A DNA stretch of 62,421 nucleotides, the filler included, from Choristocarpus tenellus KU-1152 (lineage: Eukaryota; Protista; Phaeophyceae), in the NCBI GenBank assembly GCA_964200185.2. It is 11 parts of 11 records of this genome, joined end to end, with 100 filler letters (N's around TTAATTAATTAA, not from the genome) between each part and the next. Parts side by side here need not be neighbours in the genome. Positions count along the whole stretch, not along the records: positions 9,966 to 21,304 come from CAXNAD020002380.1; positions 21,405 to 26,937 come from CAXNAD020010497.1; 9 more parts are not named here. One strand, given 5' to 3'. This document shows, in pieces, positions 12,761 to 24,723 of the stretch (the first letter of the stretch is position 1; each line of letters starts with the position of its first letter). The notes beneath the pieces are model-generated. The model was not told where the DNA came from and did no database searches. It worked only from the letters and a program-made list of their open reading frames with translations. The translations under genes were made by a program, and so were the position numbers.

Positions 12761-13296
12761 TTTGTAATCCAATTGCTAGGAGTAGGCTTGGGATTAGGAT
12801 TAGGGTTAGGGTTAGGGTTGGAGTAATATTGAATTTGCTCTTAACAAGTGGCAGGACTGTAAGTTTTCTTCACCTCAAATGCTGATGTCACTGCATTGTA
12901 ATCAACAAATGGATATTGAGATTGGGGTTAGGGCTATCATGTGTGGTGAATGGTCTGTGACTCTTGTATTATTACTTTTATCATTTTTGAAATAAAATGT
13001 GCACAACTGAGTATTTCCAACTAAAAAAATTAAGATAAAAAATAAGTTGCAGTATATTAGTGTGTGTTAGTGTGTATATATTGTGTATTAGTCCATTAAT
13101 TGTCAATTTGTGTACGAGGACTTGTGCTTGGCTATGTTGCCTACCTCATCATTTTTCTTTTTTTTTATCAATTGACTCTTGATGACATCACGAACTGTTC
13201 TTTAATATACTCTTGGATAGAGCTGGTCACAGTGATCTCAATATTGGTGATGTGATGGTTTTGCTTGCTATCCCCTAACCCCATCCCTTTTTGAAG

Positions 13297-13387
13297 GAGG
13301 AGGAACCTTGACGAGGGCAAAGAGAAGAGGTAGAGATGAGAGCGGCCTCAGCAGGGATGACACAAAGCGACATAAGCCCTCCACAAG
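13297..13387 (+). CDS. Exon of the same gene (basic, NLS-like) ending in a GC donor
   Basis: ttttgaag|GGTLTRAKRRGRDESGLSRDDTKRHKPST|AAG/gcaag; its 91 bp bridge phase 1 (12062) to phase 2 (14088). Confidence 0.55.
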
Positions 13388-14087
13388 GCAAGAGGGGGAA
13401 TGTATCATACACTATCATACACCATCAAACACTATTAAACACCATCAAACACTCTAGGGGGCACTGAGTTGCTAGTATTATCAGTATAGATACTGGTAGA
13501 GATGGTTAGGAGGTAGGTGTTGGTGTGTCTAACGAAAGCTGCTTGTGTATTAACTATATATTAATATATTTGTAGTTAATATTTTGTGTTATTATTTTTA
13601 TTGCTATGGTAAAGAGAGCATAGCTGGTTCTGTATTATTGGTTGATTTGAATGGTTGGTTGTTGATCAATACCAGATTAGTTGGATTCACAACACGATGA
13701 TGCTGTGTTCATATCAATCACACTGATTTGTACTGTGTAGTATATTGTATAGTATGTAGTGTATAGTTTATAGTGTATAGTATATAGTGTGTATCATACA
13801 ACTTATGTATAGTGGAAATATTTCAAGACTTATCTAGGTAGTACTTGTATCCTGTCTAGTACTCACTTTATTCACCACTGATATTTAGTAGCCATGGTTT
13901 GACTTGTAATAGTACCATTATTATAATTATTAGTGGTAGTAATATTATTATTTGAAGTAGTAGTAATGGTAGTGGTAGTGGCAATGGTTTTGGGGATATT
14001 TTTATTATTTGTATTTCACCTATTTGAAGAAATATGTGTTACTATTCCTCTAACAAATACACAAACAAATTATGCCCTTTGGGGCAG

Positions 14088-14160
14088 GGGAGAGAATGTT
14101 CGCCAGTCAGCAGAGGAGGAGGCTCTCATGGCGAAGCAGGCTGGCTTTGAGTGGTCTGAG
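14088..14160 (+). CDS. Exon of the same gene
   Basis: cag|GENVRQSAEEEALMAKQAGFEWSE|gtgagg, phase 2 to phase 0. Confidence 0.65.
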
Positions 14161-15657
14161 GTGAGGAGTACCACTCACCCGAAACTTGCATCTAACCCTC
14201 TGCACTTGAGTGTTTCATATGAACATGTACTGCATGAACATTTACTAGATAGGTTATGCAATACAAAGTTTCAGGGTATCAAGGTATCAACCACTGCTTA
14301 GAGTTATAGTGGAGTATATCATACACTATATTATTTATTGCCATACACTATATTATTTAGTCATACACTATACTGTTTATTGAGGTAACACCTACAACTG
14401 GGCCATTAAGTTGTATCTCAATATTTGATCATATTTTATTTGTTAGTAGAAGTTTTCTAAGGGTTAGGACTAGGGCTAGTCTGTATGTGCTCAAGTACCA
14501 CCTACAGGTGTGATCCTTTGAATGGTGTGGTTTAAATAATGTTAATAATATTTTTGTTAATATATTTGTGTTAATATTTTTGTTAATATTTATGTTAATA
14601 ATATTTATGTTAATGATATTTTTGTTAATATTTATGTTAATGATATTTTTGTTTATATGGTGTGCCGTGGGTGTCTATGCTGTAAGGCCTTTTGATTGAA
14701 TCAATGTCAGTGTCTGGTACTCAATAACCCTAACCCTAAGTTACTAATCATACGCATGTTACTAATCCCATTTCCAAGCAGACTACATCTTTGTAGCATT
14801 TTTTGTTCAGTGCCCCTTTTGGTTGATTTTGAAAAGTTCCTTGTTGATATATAAACTATACCTCACATGATATATAACCTTGCTTGGAGTGCATGTGAGG
14901 TTTCATCCTTTTTTTTAATTTGGTGACATTTTAGCGTTAGGGTTAGGGTTTGAGTGATAGGTGACAATTGAGCTGTAAGGGGTGTGGTGCGAAGAGGAAC
15001 ATTTGAACCAATAGAAGAGCCTCTGTCTCAAATCGAACCAATTGAATGCCTTCGCCCTGCAGCAATTAGACCAAAATTAGACCAATTAGGGATGGGCTCT
15101 ATCGCCTTCAAGCCCAGCTGCTCTCAAAGGTGTATATGGTATATTCATCATTGGCTAGGGTTTCATTGTTGATTTTATTTATTTTTATTATGCAAATGGA
15201 TGAAATAGAGTTAGGGTTTAGGGTGTATACAGATGGATGAAAGAATCTCTTGATTTTAGTTGTTTTATTTGTTTTGGTTTAGCTATCTTTTTATTTTCAG
15301 GAACATCCGTTTATTACATCTTAGAGGTACAAGGTGCAGCAGTGCACTTTGAAATTTTTTGTATGTATAATTTTCAGTCATGCACAATGTACTGACTCTA
15401 TTTCTCTCACTTTATTGGGTGTCTTGCTCCTCATGCCCAATGATATTTATATTGATGCAATGATATTTTATTGATACAATGATATTTTTGATACAATGAT
15501 ATTTTGTTGATACAATGATATTTTAATGATACAATGATATTTGTTGATACACATCTATTGGTACTTCGACGTGATAGCATGATGCTATTAATATCAATAC
15601 AACACTATTAAAATGTGTATATATACAATATATACTATGCATGATGTGAAACAACAG

Positions 15658-15801
15658 GAACGGGGCTCATGGGTTGAGGATGGTGTTAGGGGGGGTATCC
15701 GGAGGCGATCCTTTGAGTGTTGGGGCCTCTCTCCAGAGGAGACAGCTGCATTTGCTGCTCTTAGGCAGGTGTTGATGTTACCTTCTGGCAGCTATCGACA
15801 G
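15658..15801 (+). CDS. Exon of the same gene
   Basis: cag|ERGSWVEDGVRGGIRRRSFECWGLSPEETAAFAALRQVLMLPSGSYRQ|gtgaat, 144 bp, phase 0/0. Confidence 0.65.
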
Positions 15802-16699
15802 GTGAATGATATTATCAATGCTAATATTATCAATACTTGTATTATCAATAGAACTATTATGATATTGATATTTCAATTAAAAGGCATGTCAGTAATTAAA
15901 GTGTAGTACCACTGGCATTTTTCATTGGTGCTTACATATGTATAGGAGATACAGATACATTATATTTATATTGAGATAGAGATATATAGATACATTATAT
16001 ATATATTGAGATAGAGATACACAGATACATTATATATATATTGAGATAGAGATATATAGATACATTCGAAAAACAATCTTATCAATGGTCTGTCCTAGTG
16101 GACTGGATCTACGAGGGCTGTGTTATTATTGAGTTATTGTTACTGTGTGGGATTGGTTGGTGGGGGAAACACTTCATTGAATGGCAGCAAAAGGGAGTTT
16201 TTTTATTATAGAAGGGATTATTGTATTTCTTTGAATGATACTCCAATCTTGTAAACCAGGACAGTTTTGACTATGGCGAACTTCATTTTTTTTTCAGAAT
16301 TGAAGAATAAATTTGTCTGAGAGATAGGGTTAGGGCAGTGGGTACTATGGTTATCAGTCCTTACATCACATGCAAGTCATGGCTCTCAAATTTCATACAT
16401 TACACTATCCACAGTGCATCAATAATAATAATGATAACAGTAATAATAATAATAATAACCTCTATCATTGTCGTATCATCCCAATGACATAGTCTCATCT
16501 CTTATAGCCATAGCCCTAACCCTCTTCCAAGTGCCATTTTAGTTTTATTGTTGGTGACACTGTCCTGTCAACTGATGAGTTGTTCACATTAAGAGTTGAC
16601 TAAGAGTTGCTCAGTTTAGTCTGTTCATCGCCTGGTGGTGTTATAGGAAAACTGCATACTCTTGTCTTCAGTATGTGAAGATATTTATTATCCGTAGAG

Positions 16700-16795
16700 T
16701 GTACCATACTGATTTTTGCTATGAAAGATACTGTACCATACTGATTTTTACTATGAAAGATATTGTACCATACTGATTTTTACTATGAAAGATAC
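16700..16795. repeat. 32-bp tandem repeat, 3 copies
   Basis: TGTACCATACTGATTTTT(G/A)CTATGAAAGATA starts at 16700, 16732 and 16764. Confidence 0.9.
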
Positions 16796-18619
16796 TCCTG
16801 TGCCCAACTATGGATTGCTTTTTTTGTAGATTTTTGGAAATTAAAAAAATAAAAAGATAGAGTTGCATCTGTTGACAACTTATTGGAACAGACTTAGTGA
16901 TTTTTTTTATGTGTGGAGTCTGGTATACATCACATCATTTTTCAGTCAGCTTTGGGATATCTCGGAAGGATTGATATTGCAGAAGGAGTTCACTTTGTTA
17001 TCCAGGCGTTTGTTTCTTGGAGATTAGTAGGTAACCAATTGGCACCAAGTCAGACATTAAAAAAAATCCCATTGGAATGTTCCAATCGTCCCAGCAAGAT
17101 TTTTTATATACTTAACTTAGGGTTAGGGTTAGGGTTACGGCACTTTATTTCTGTGTCCACGGTCTCACTTTGCTGTCAACGGAAAATTTGGAATTGCAAG
17201 GGATTTATATGTGGCTAATTGTTGCGATCTTTTTTTTTTTCAAGTAGAAATAAATTGTGTGCAAATACTGTTAGTGATTAGGGTTAGGGTTAGGGTATGT
17301 CACACGTATCATTTTTTCTTATTTCTTAGTGTTGGTTAGGGTTAGGGTTAGTTGGTGATATTCACTTTAATGTGTATGTGTGAGAAATATTTATTTTATT
17401 TTATTTTATCTCTCAATTTAATCTATTCCTTTCAGTTTTGAGTGATTCACACCTTTGAAAGAATCACTCAGTAGTCTATTTGATACCAACCCTAACCCTA
17501 ACCTACATTACGATACTTATTGCTAACCCTAACCCTAAGGATACAAACACTACACATGCTACCATAGTTACAATCTTTTAAAATTCATGTTGTGGTGTCC
17601 ACCTTTCCTTAACTCATTTGTACCTCCCCCCTCCCCCCCCCCCCCCCCCCCCCCCCCCCTTGTGTCCCAATGTCCTTGCTTCCAGTGGTATTCTTTTATC
17701 TATGGAATGTTTTAGGAGTCCAACCCTTCACCTCATCTACCGGATGCTGATATCCATGCGGCAAATTAGCATATCAAAGGTGTGATGTAAAGTGATGTAA
17801 GATGATGTATTGCGATGTAAAATGAAGTATTGTGATGTATTGCGATGTACGATGATGTATTGTGATGTATTGTAATGTAAAGTGATGTCACTGCCTCGTT
17901 GGTAATGGACATATTTTTAATTTGCACAGGAATGAAAATGAGTGCGTTGTTGCTAGTGTGTTGCTAGTGTGTTTAGTGTGTCACTGAAGCAAGCGGGGTT
18001 AGGACCAACCAATGTATGTCACTCATTAAGAAGTTTGCAGGTCTGACCCTGAGCTTAACCCTAACCCTAACCCTAACTGGGTGAAGGGGAGGAACCTTTT
18101 AAGGGTGGTCCATTTTGACCCTTTGGGGGTTAGGGTTAGGTCTTCTTAGACCTTGTGCAAGATGCAACATACAATATACAACTTGCCTGTGCCTAACATC
18201 AGTGCAGTTAAACCTAACCGTTGTAGTATGAGGGTATATGGTTACAGAAAATTAGATTAGTATAGAAAATAAGAATGGTATTAAATGCATTGGTTAGGGT
18301 TAGGGTTGCAATTAAACAAGGCCCTCCTCTTCTATGATGTCACTCCAGATATCTCATTGGCTCAATGTGAGATTCAGTGACAACTTGGCTGTTGCTTGAT
18401 TGTTGGAATTGTTTTGATGTTTTGTTTCTATCATGCCCATCACTGGTTGATGTTGGAATTGACCCACCTTTACCATTACCATTACCATTATTACCATTAT
18501 CTCTATTGTTACCATTATCATCATCATTATCTATAAAGTTACTATTACCATTATTATCTTTACTATTACCACTAACATGAACATAATAATTATGGCATGG
18601 ATGTTACCAATGAAAAATA

Positions 18620-18975
18620 ATGTTACCAAGTATTATCTATTAACTATGTATAATGTTATCAAGTAGTATCTATTACTATGTATAATGTTATCAAGTAGTA
18701 TCTATTACTATGTATAATGTTATCAAGTAGTATCTATTAACTATGTATAATGTTATCTAGTAGTATCTATTAACTATGTATAATGTTATCTAGTAGTATC
18801 TATTACTATGTATAATGTTATCAAGTAGTATCTATTAACTATGTATAATGTTATCTAGTATTATCTATTAACTATGTAGAATGTTATCAAGTAGTATCTA
18901 TTAACTATGTAGAATGTTATCTAGTATTATCTATTAACTATGTAGAATGTTATCAAGTAGTATCTATTAACTATA
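18620..18975. repeat. 32/33-bp minisatellite, about 11 copies
   Basis: ATGTATAATGTTATC(A/T)AGTAGTATCTATTA(A)CT tandem array. Confidence 0.95.
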
Positions 18976-19272
18976 TATAGATTTTTTTTTAGATTGGAAA
19001 AAAGCGACTTGAGGTGCAATACGTTCAAAATACCTGGGTATCTCTCCTTCCCTTTGACTCAGTATTATTTTTTGTTATGTATGTTAGGGTTAGGGTTAGG
19101 GTGCTGATATGTACCCTGATCAACTACCTAAAATAAACCTGCAGCCTGATACAAGGTATGTCATCCACAGTCAGCACTGAGGTGTGCCACCCCCATCCAA
19201 TCCAATCAATACACCAATACACTGTGCCTATCTCTCTGTCTCTCTCTCTCTCTGATCTTCTAAACTATCAAG

Positions 19273-19411
19273 AGCACTAGAGTTTCCGGAGCAGGTAACT
19301 TGATGAGCACCGTGAGCTACGAGATCGCCAAGATGACTGGGAAGATGGGTCTACAGCACATACAGAGAGGGTTGGTTGCTGTCAGGGAGCTTAAAGCTGT
19401 TGTAGCGGCAG
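19273..19411 (+). CDS. Further exon, probably of the same gene
   Basis: aag|STRVSGAGNLMSTVSYEIAKMTGKMGLQHIQRGLVAVRELKAVVAA|g/gtgagg after a CT-rich tract; an extra candidate exon near 17686-17779 is not phase-resolved. Confidence 0.55.
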
Positions 19412-22400
19412 GTGAGGGTCCTGGTGGCTGAGTCTGCACTCTGGATTTATTTCAATTATATTTTATTAATGGATTTGTTTTAATTATTTTTTATTAATTG
19501 ATTTATTTTAATTTTCTCGTTCTTTGTTGCTGAACCAGACCCTAACCCTAATTCTAGCCCTGGTTGTGGTCATGGTCATGAGTGTTTTGAGCTTGAAGTT
19601 AGTATTATTGATGATGATGGTGTGAGTTGTGGAGGTTATGAGTACTAGTAGACTGTTTAGCTGCCAGCCCTAACCCTAACCCTGAGTTGTGTGTTTTCAA
19701 CTAAGTAATTAATTTTTTTTCTAGGGTATGTCTTTTTAGGGTTAGGGTTAGGCTTTAGGGTTAAGGGGTAAAAGACTGTTCATGTCATTGGTGGGTTGTC
19801 ACAACACAGTAAGGCGTATTGCAAGAATATACTCTTTGACAAAATTCAATACTCCAATTTCTATCTTAGGTGTATGGTAAGTACGTGTGTGTGTGTTGGG
19901 TGATGGGTGATGGATGATGGATGGGTGAACTTTTTTCATGTACGGGGAACACTCTCATTTCAAGGGTTAGGGTTAGGGGATGTGTGCTATAGATTAATGT
20001 TTTTTCACACGTATGTTGAATAGAGTGCAGGACAAAGGGGGGGTATACCCTTTTTTGATCAGAATATTTAACTCTTTCAATGATGTCTATAGTCTGGAGT
20101 CTTTCATGTCTCACGTTGGGGTTAGGGTTAGGGTTAGGGTTGAATGATATTTCTTGTTGCTACCTTAAACTTTTGACTAACCTTGGTCAAAGGGTAGGGT
20201 TAGGGTTAGTGCTGCTGGGGTAGTGTGTGTTGAGGACCCTTGTGAGAAGGATGCGGAGTCTCTCTCAGTCTGATCTGTTGAAATGTGAAGATTCCCTTTG
20301 AATTGTAGAGCTGTGGTTGAAAAGGGATATACCTTCCCCCTCCCATGTGCTTTCTGACCGTCACTTGGCTTGAAGTAGGACAGAAAAGGGTACTATTTTT
20401 TTTGGGGGGGGAGGGGGGCAACGAAGAGCAAAAAGGGGTACAAGTTAGGAATAAGAGACAGCATGAGGTATACCTTGTGCTCCATATTTATTTTTGTTGA
20501 TAAATATATATTTTTTTACTCGTATTTCTTAATCTTTCCATAGTACTAGTAGCAAGTCAATGTGCTTCTGGATCATTTTAGACCCCTTTTTTGGATCATG
20601 AATGTCGGGGTATACCTCAATTTGTCCACAATCCTCTTAGTTGAAGTACTGCATGTGGTGTGTAGGTAGTGAACTTTCTGTGGGGTTTAGACTGTTGTAC
20701 CAATCCTGAGAGTATTGGGAAGGACTGTACTATGGTTGTTACGATGGGTTACTATTTTAGTGAACAAGGGGGAGGGGACTGTTTCTGAGGTGTGTGTACA
20801 TGATTGGGGTGTTAGTACGACCCCTGCTGTTTCATTTAGGGTTAGGGTTAGGGTTGGAATGAGAAAAAAATTGGGGGTGGATTATAGTGCCCACAACTAG
20901 AAAGGTTTGGAAGTTGTTTTGTGTCTAGGGTTAGGGTTAGAGTGGGGGGATTGTGAGCGTCAATTGATCTTTGGTCGTACAATGGTGGTGGTGGTCCAGA
21001 TTGTGACCTGAGAAGCAGGTTGGGAAAGCAGGTCTGTTTTCAAGGCCCAAACAGTTTGTTGCTGTCTGATTGTTGAACAGTTTGTTGTTGACACCATAAT
21101 CAACACTCATGTAGAATCATGTTGCATTCCCAATTTGGCATCTAACCCTAACCCTAACCCTAACACCTCAAACCTTGTGTTCATCACACTCATCACTTTT
21201 TTTATCATGATTTTTTTTTTTAGAAAACAGTCGTACCTAACTACGCCTCACTCCACTCACCCCCTAACCCTAACCCTAACCCTAAGGGTCAAAGTATCTG
21301 GGGGNNNNNNNNNNNNNNNNNNNNNNNNNNNNNNNNNNNNNNNNNNNNTTAATTAATTAANNNNNNNNNNNNNNNNNNNNNNNNNNNNNNNNNNNNNNNN
21401 NNNNGGAAAAGTGCATTTACAGTATCCATCCGACGTATGCAACCAAATAACCCAAAAATCACGACATGAAACAGCCACCACCCCCTCCCAGATACTTTGA
21501 GCCATTGACGGAAGCGCATTTGATTTTTTCAACAGCATAATCTCTAACTAGATATCCCAAGTTGGCATCATCCATTGAGCCTTTGCTCTCTCAACTACAC
21601 TCTATCTTGCCTGCACACGTGATGTATAACAAGTTGCAGTATAGAGCGTTGTGGTCCTTCCAACTTTGTCTCTTTGAGTTTTCCGGTTGTGTTGTTCCTA
21701 ATTCCTTCAATATTATGATCTCCCACTCTCTGCTCAGATGAGATTCGATTTTTATCCCACCTTTGAACTACTGTCTCGATAGTATTGCCATTGCACGTTT
21801 ATGCACCCTTCACTTCTTCCAGACAGGTGAACCCCCCACACAGTCACATTGCAGTTGGAGAAACCCAAATACTCATATTTCGGAGCCTACTGGTACTATT
21901 GATCATATTCTGTTTAAACCACGCACACAGGGCTATTTACCACTTCAGGTATAGTTGCTTCTACTATATATGGATTGACATGAACACTGTGTGTAAGTTA
22001 GTGTAGTAAAAAGAAGAGCGTTAGAGCTATAGAGCTATATCCTTTGGAATGGATGTATATTTTGAAGCACCTCATAGTTTCCTGAAGTATCATATATGTG
22101 TTGTATAGAATATTGTTATTGAAGGTATATCTGTTAAAAAGTGGGTTGTGGTGTAAGCTGCGTTCTCTCGAGAAGAAGGTGAAGAAAAGTAGAGACAGTA
22201 TAAATAAAAGAAACCTTGACATACTCCCGACTCCTGCCTATGATTCCGTCAATGGATAACATCGCGGTGAGGTGTGTACGGCCACTTTTGTGATTTTGGT
22301 GCTCAAGTAGTGCTGTTGTTGCTGCTCAAATGTCATCTTCTTGCATTTGTTTTTCTGCTCTCGCTTCCATGCCCTGTGCCAGTTCTAAACCCTGACACTA

Positions 22401-22899
22401 AAACAAGAAGTTACTAAATGATACATGAGTCACAGTAGATGGTGACAATGATAAAACATGCGTGTAGTCCTATAAGTATTTGTAAAACTGTGTCTGTAGT
22501 GTTATGGTGAAGGTAGTACGAGAGTAATATAACATACGCTAAAGTAGTGCAATATGCGTACCCAGTACATGTTACTACTTGGTTTGGTCTATTTTCACCT
22601 CCAGCCCTACTGAGAAAATACGTTTGTAAGTAAGCACTCCAACCTGACCCTCACATCTCTAATTATGTTTTTCTTCACCTTCTTTTCCATCATACTTAAA
22701 ATTAAGGTTGCCCACTTTACCAACCATGCGTACCCACCATTTTTGACTGAACGTCTCGAGTAAACAATATTTCATGTCAAGTAGATGAGGTCTGCTGCAT
22801 TCTTGTATATCAGAAACATCAGCAATCGTGCCTTGAACAAAGCAATACTCAGCGCAGCACTGCCCCAGAATGCTTGGACGATTTTGGCCTGCAGTACTT

Positions 22900-24260
22900 A
22901 TGCTCAGAACAACTCTTAGAGTAATTCGGTTTCAATGTCTTATGTCGGGCATTTTGTCTATTACTCACAATATCCAGGACAGCAGGCAGAAATGATTCCT
23001 CTAGAACGTTCATTATCCAGGGCAATATTTACGACCATTCCATCCACAACTTCCTTTATCCAGGATTATGCTTGGGACCCTTTCCTCTCTTAAGTCTGAT
23101 TTTACGACAGTACTCTGTGCAGTTCTTCTGTATCATCTTGTCCAAGGAGAACTTAAGTGAAAGTTGCTCTATCACGTGTGTTATCATGTATAGTGTGGGA
23201 ACATTCTGGGTTGATGCTGTTCAACTTCTGTGCAATTCAGAGGAGGATGTTCTGTTACAGGCGATATGTCTTGATGGTGGTTTCATAAACACCATCATGA
23301 AGTCCTAGATTTGATGTATTTGTACTTCTTGACTATTTAGTTATTATTTAGTTATTTTCATGCCCCCAGGTGGTACATCTTTGCCAGTTCCTTTTGTTAC
23401 TATATTTATACTTATGAAGGGAATAAGTCATGTGAGAGATCCAGCATACTTGACGCCTTACGCGTTGGACCTATTGACTGTCGGAGTATCCTGGAAGGAT
23501 TGTACAACCATCAGCGTCATCTGTAGACCTATGGATCCGAGGTATACATCCTATGGAGGTAAGCTTCTGGAGCGTGCTGTAACAGTTCAACCAGGGTTGT
23601 ATGTATGCAGTCGGTGTCGACTTCAAGACATGTCCATGTCCGGTCAATTTACCATGCCCTCTACATGTTTCTCATCAATATACTTCAGCAATAGGTGGGC
23701 ACACGGAGTGCAGGCAGTACAGTGTGCAGGCAGGGGATGCAAAGTGGGTCCTGACTACCCTCGCTTGAGATAGTGTGTGCGTGTCAACTTTAAGGCATGT
23801 CTGACCATGACTTGAAACAACATGCTTTGTGTCATGAACTCGACCATGATAATCTCTTCTTTTCCCCATAAGTCTAAATAACTTGCTGTGTATATTGAAC
23901 GGAACTCCACCGCATTTTAGCATGCGGTTAAAGGTGGACAACTGACTGTACATTTCTAATGATATTTTTTTCACCAAGACAGAACTGTCGAGACAACACT
24001 TCATATTTAATGGGTGAAACGTATTTATGCACATGAAATGCAATGCCTTAAAAAAGGAAGCCTGGGATTCAACAATCTGCTACCAAATTGAGGCCTCATC
24101 CTCCTCCACCCAACAAGTTTTCAGAGTATTTCCGTATTTCCTAAAATCAATGCTTTGTACGCTCATCTTCGCTGAAACAATACAATGTGCAACCTATAGA
24201 GATACCACCACAATTCCAGATCCAGGCACATCGGTGAAAATATTTCAGGATGGTCTACAA
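22900..24260 (-). pseudogene. Heavily decayed LINE-like reverse transcriptase remnant
   Basis: Ordered motif-like fragments on the minus strand (ESQ.F, GVP, xDDAD, VKYAGS), broken by stops and frameshifts. Confidence 0.4.
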
Positions 24261-24267
24261 TGACTGT

Positions 24268-24446
24268 GGCTCAAAGTGTCTGGGAGGGGGTGGCGGCTGT
24301 CCATTTGGCGTCATTTTTTTCATATCTCGATTTTTGGGCGATTTGGTTGTATACGTCGGATGGATAATGTAAATGCACTTTTTCTGATTTTGGTCAAAAT
24401 GGACACCCTGGTGTAGACCCCCCCCCCCCCCCAGATACTTTGGGTC
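24268..24446. mobile_element. G-tract MITE of about 180 bp (TIR GGCTCAAAGTATCTGG / CCAGATACTTTGGGTC)
   Basis: Both TIRs present; internal sequence shared with the copies at 25221-25403 and 57926-58108 and partial copies at 21405-21503 and 62344-62421; the same TIR also occurs at 21286-21304 and 44590-44612. Confidence 0.9.
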
Positions 24447-24723
24447 TGTAACCTGATAGATGTTCTACTGCAACCCTATGGGCCCTACATCGTAACGCTT
24501 GGGGGTATTATTGTCCTCCACACAACATCTGCTTTTCAGTAAAACGCTAGGAACATATTCATCGTAAGCTTTTGCTATCCGGGTCAACTCTCGAGCCTAT
24601 TTATCCTATGAAGTTCAGTGTCCAGACAAAAACGGTTTGTTATGAACGACGTTAAAAATTGAGTTGTGTTGATGTGGGTGTTGCGTTGTACATGGTGTGA
24701 GCATTGATTTTCGGTGAATATTA

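Larger units (their letters stand above)
10271..21285. repeat. Region dense in short interstitial telomere-type (TTAGGG)n/(CCCTAA)n tracts
   Basis: Tracts of about 2-4 units, e.g. 10271, 10740, 10855, 10978, 11057, 12795, 14936, 17118, 17278, 17336, 18129, 18293, 19084, 19736, 20119, 20836; reverse orientation at 14725, 17488, 18056, 19668, 21143, 21262. Confidence 0.95.

Noticed and set aside
17624-17659. Long C/G homopolymers (also 34955, 36837, 39321, 51652 and many contig ends)
   Set aside because: Lengths are unreliable in short-read assemblies and mostly explain contig breaks; no function is supportable.
18620-18975. CRISPR-like array of about 32-bp repeats (also 12395-12760 and 16700-16795)
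   Set aside because: Units are head-to-tail with no unique spacers, there are no cas genes, and the context is a eukaryotic intron.
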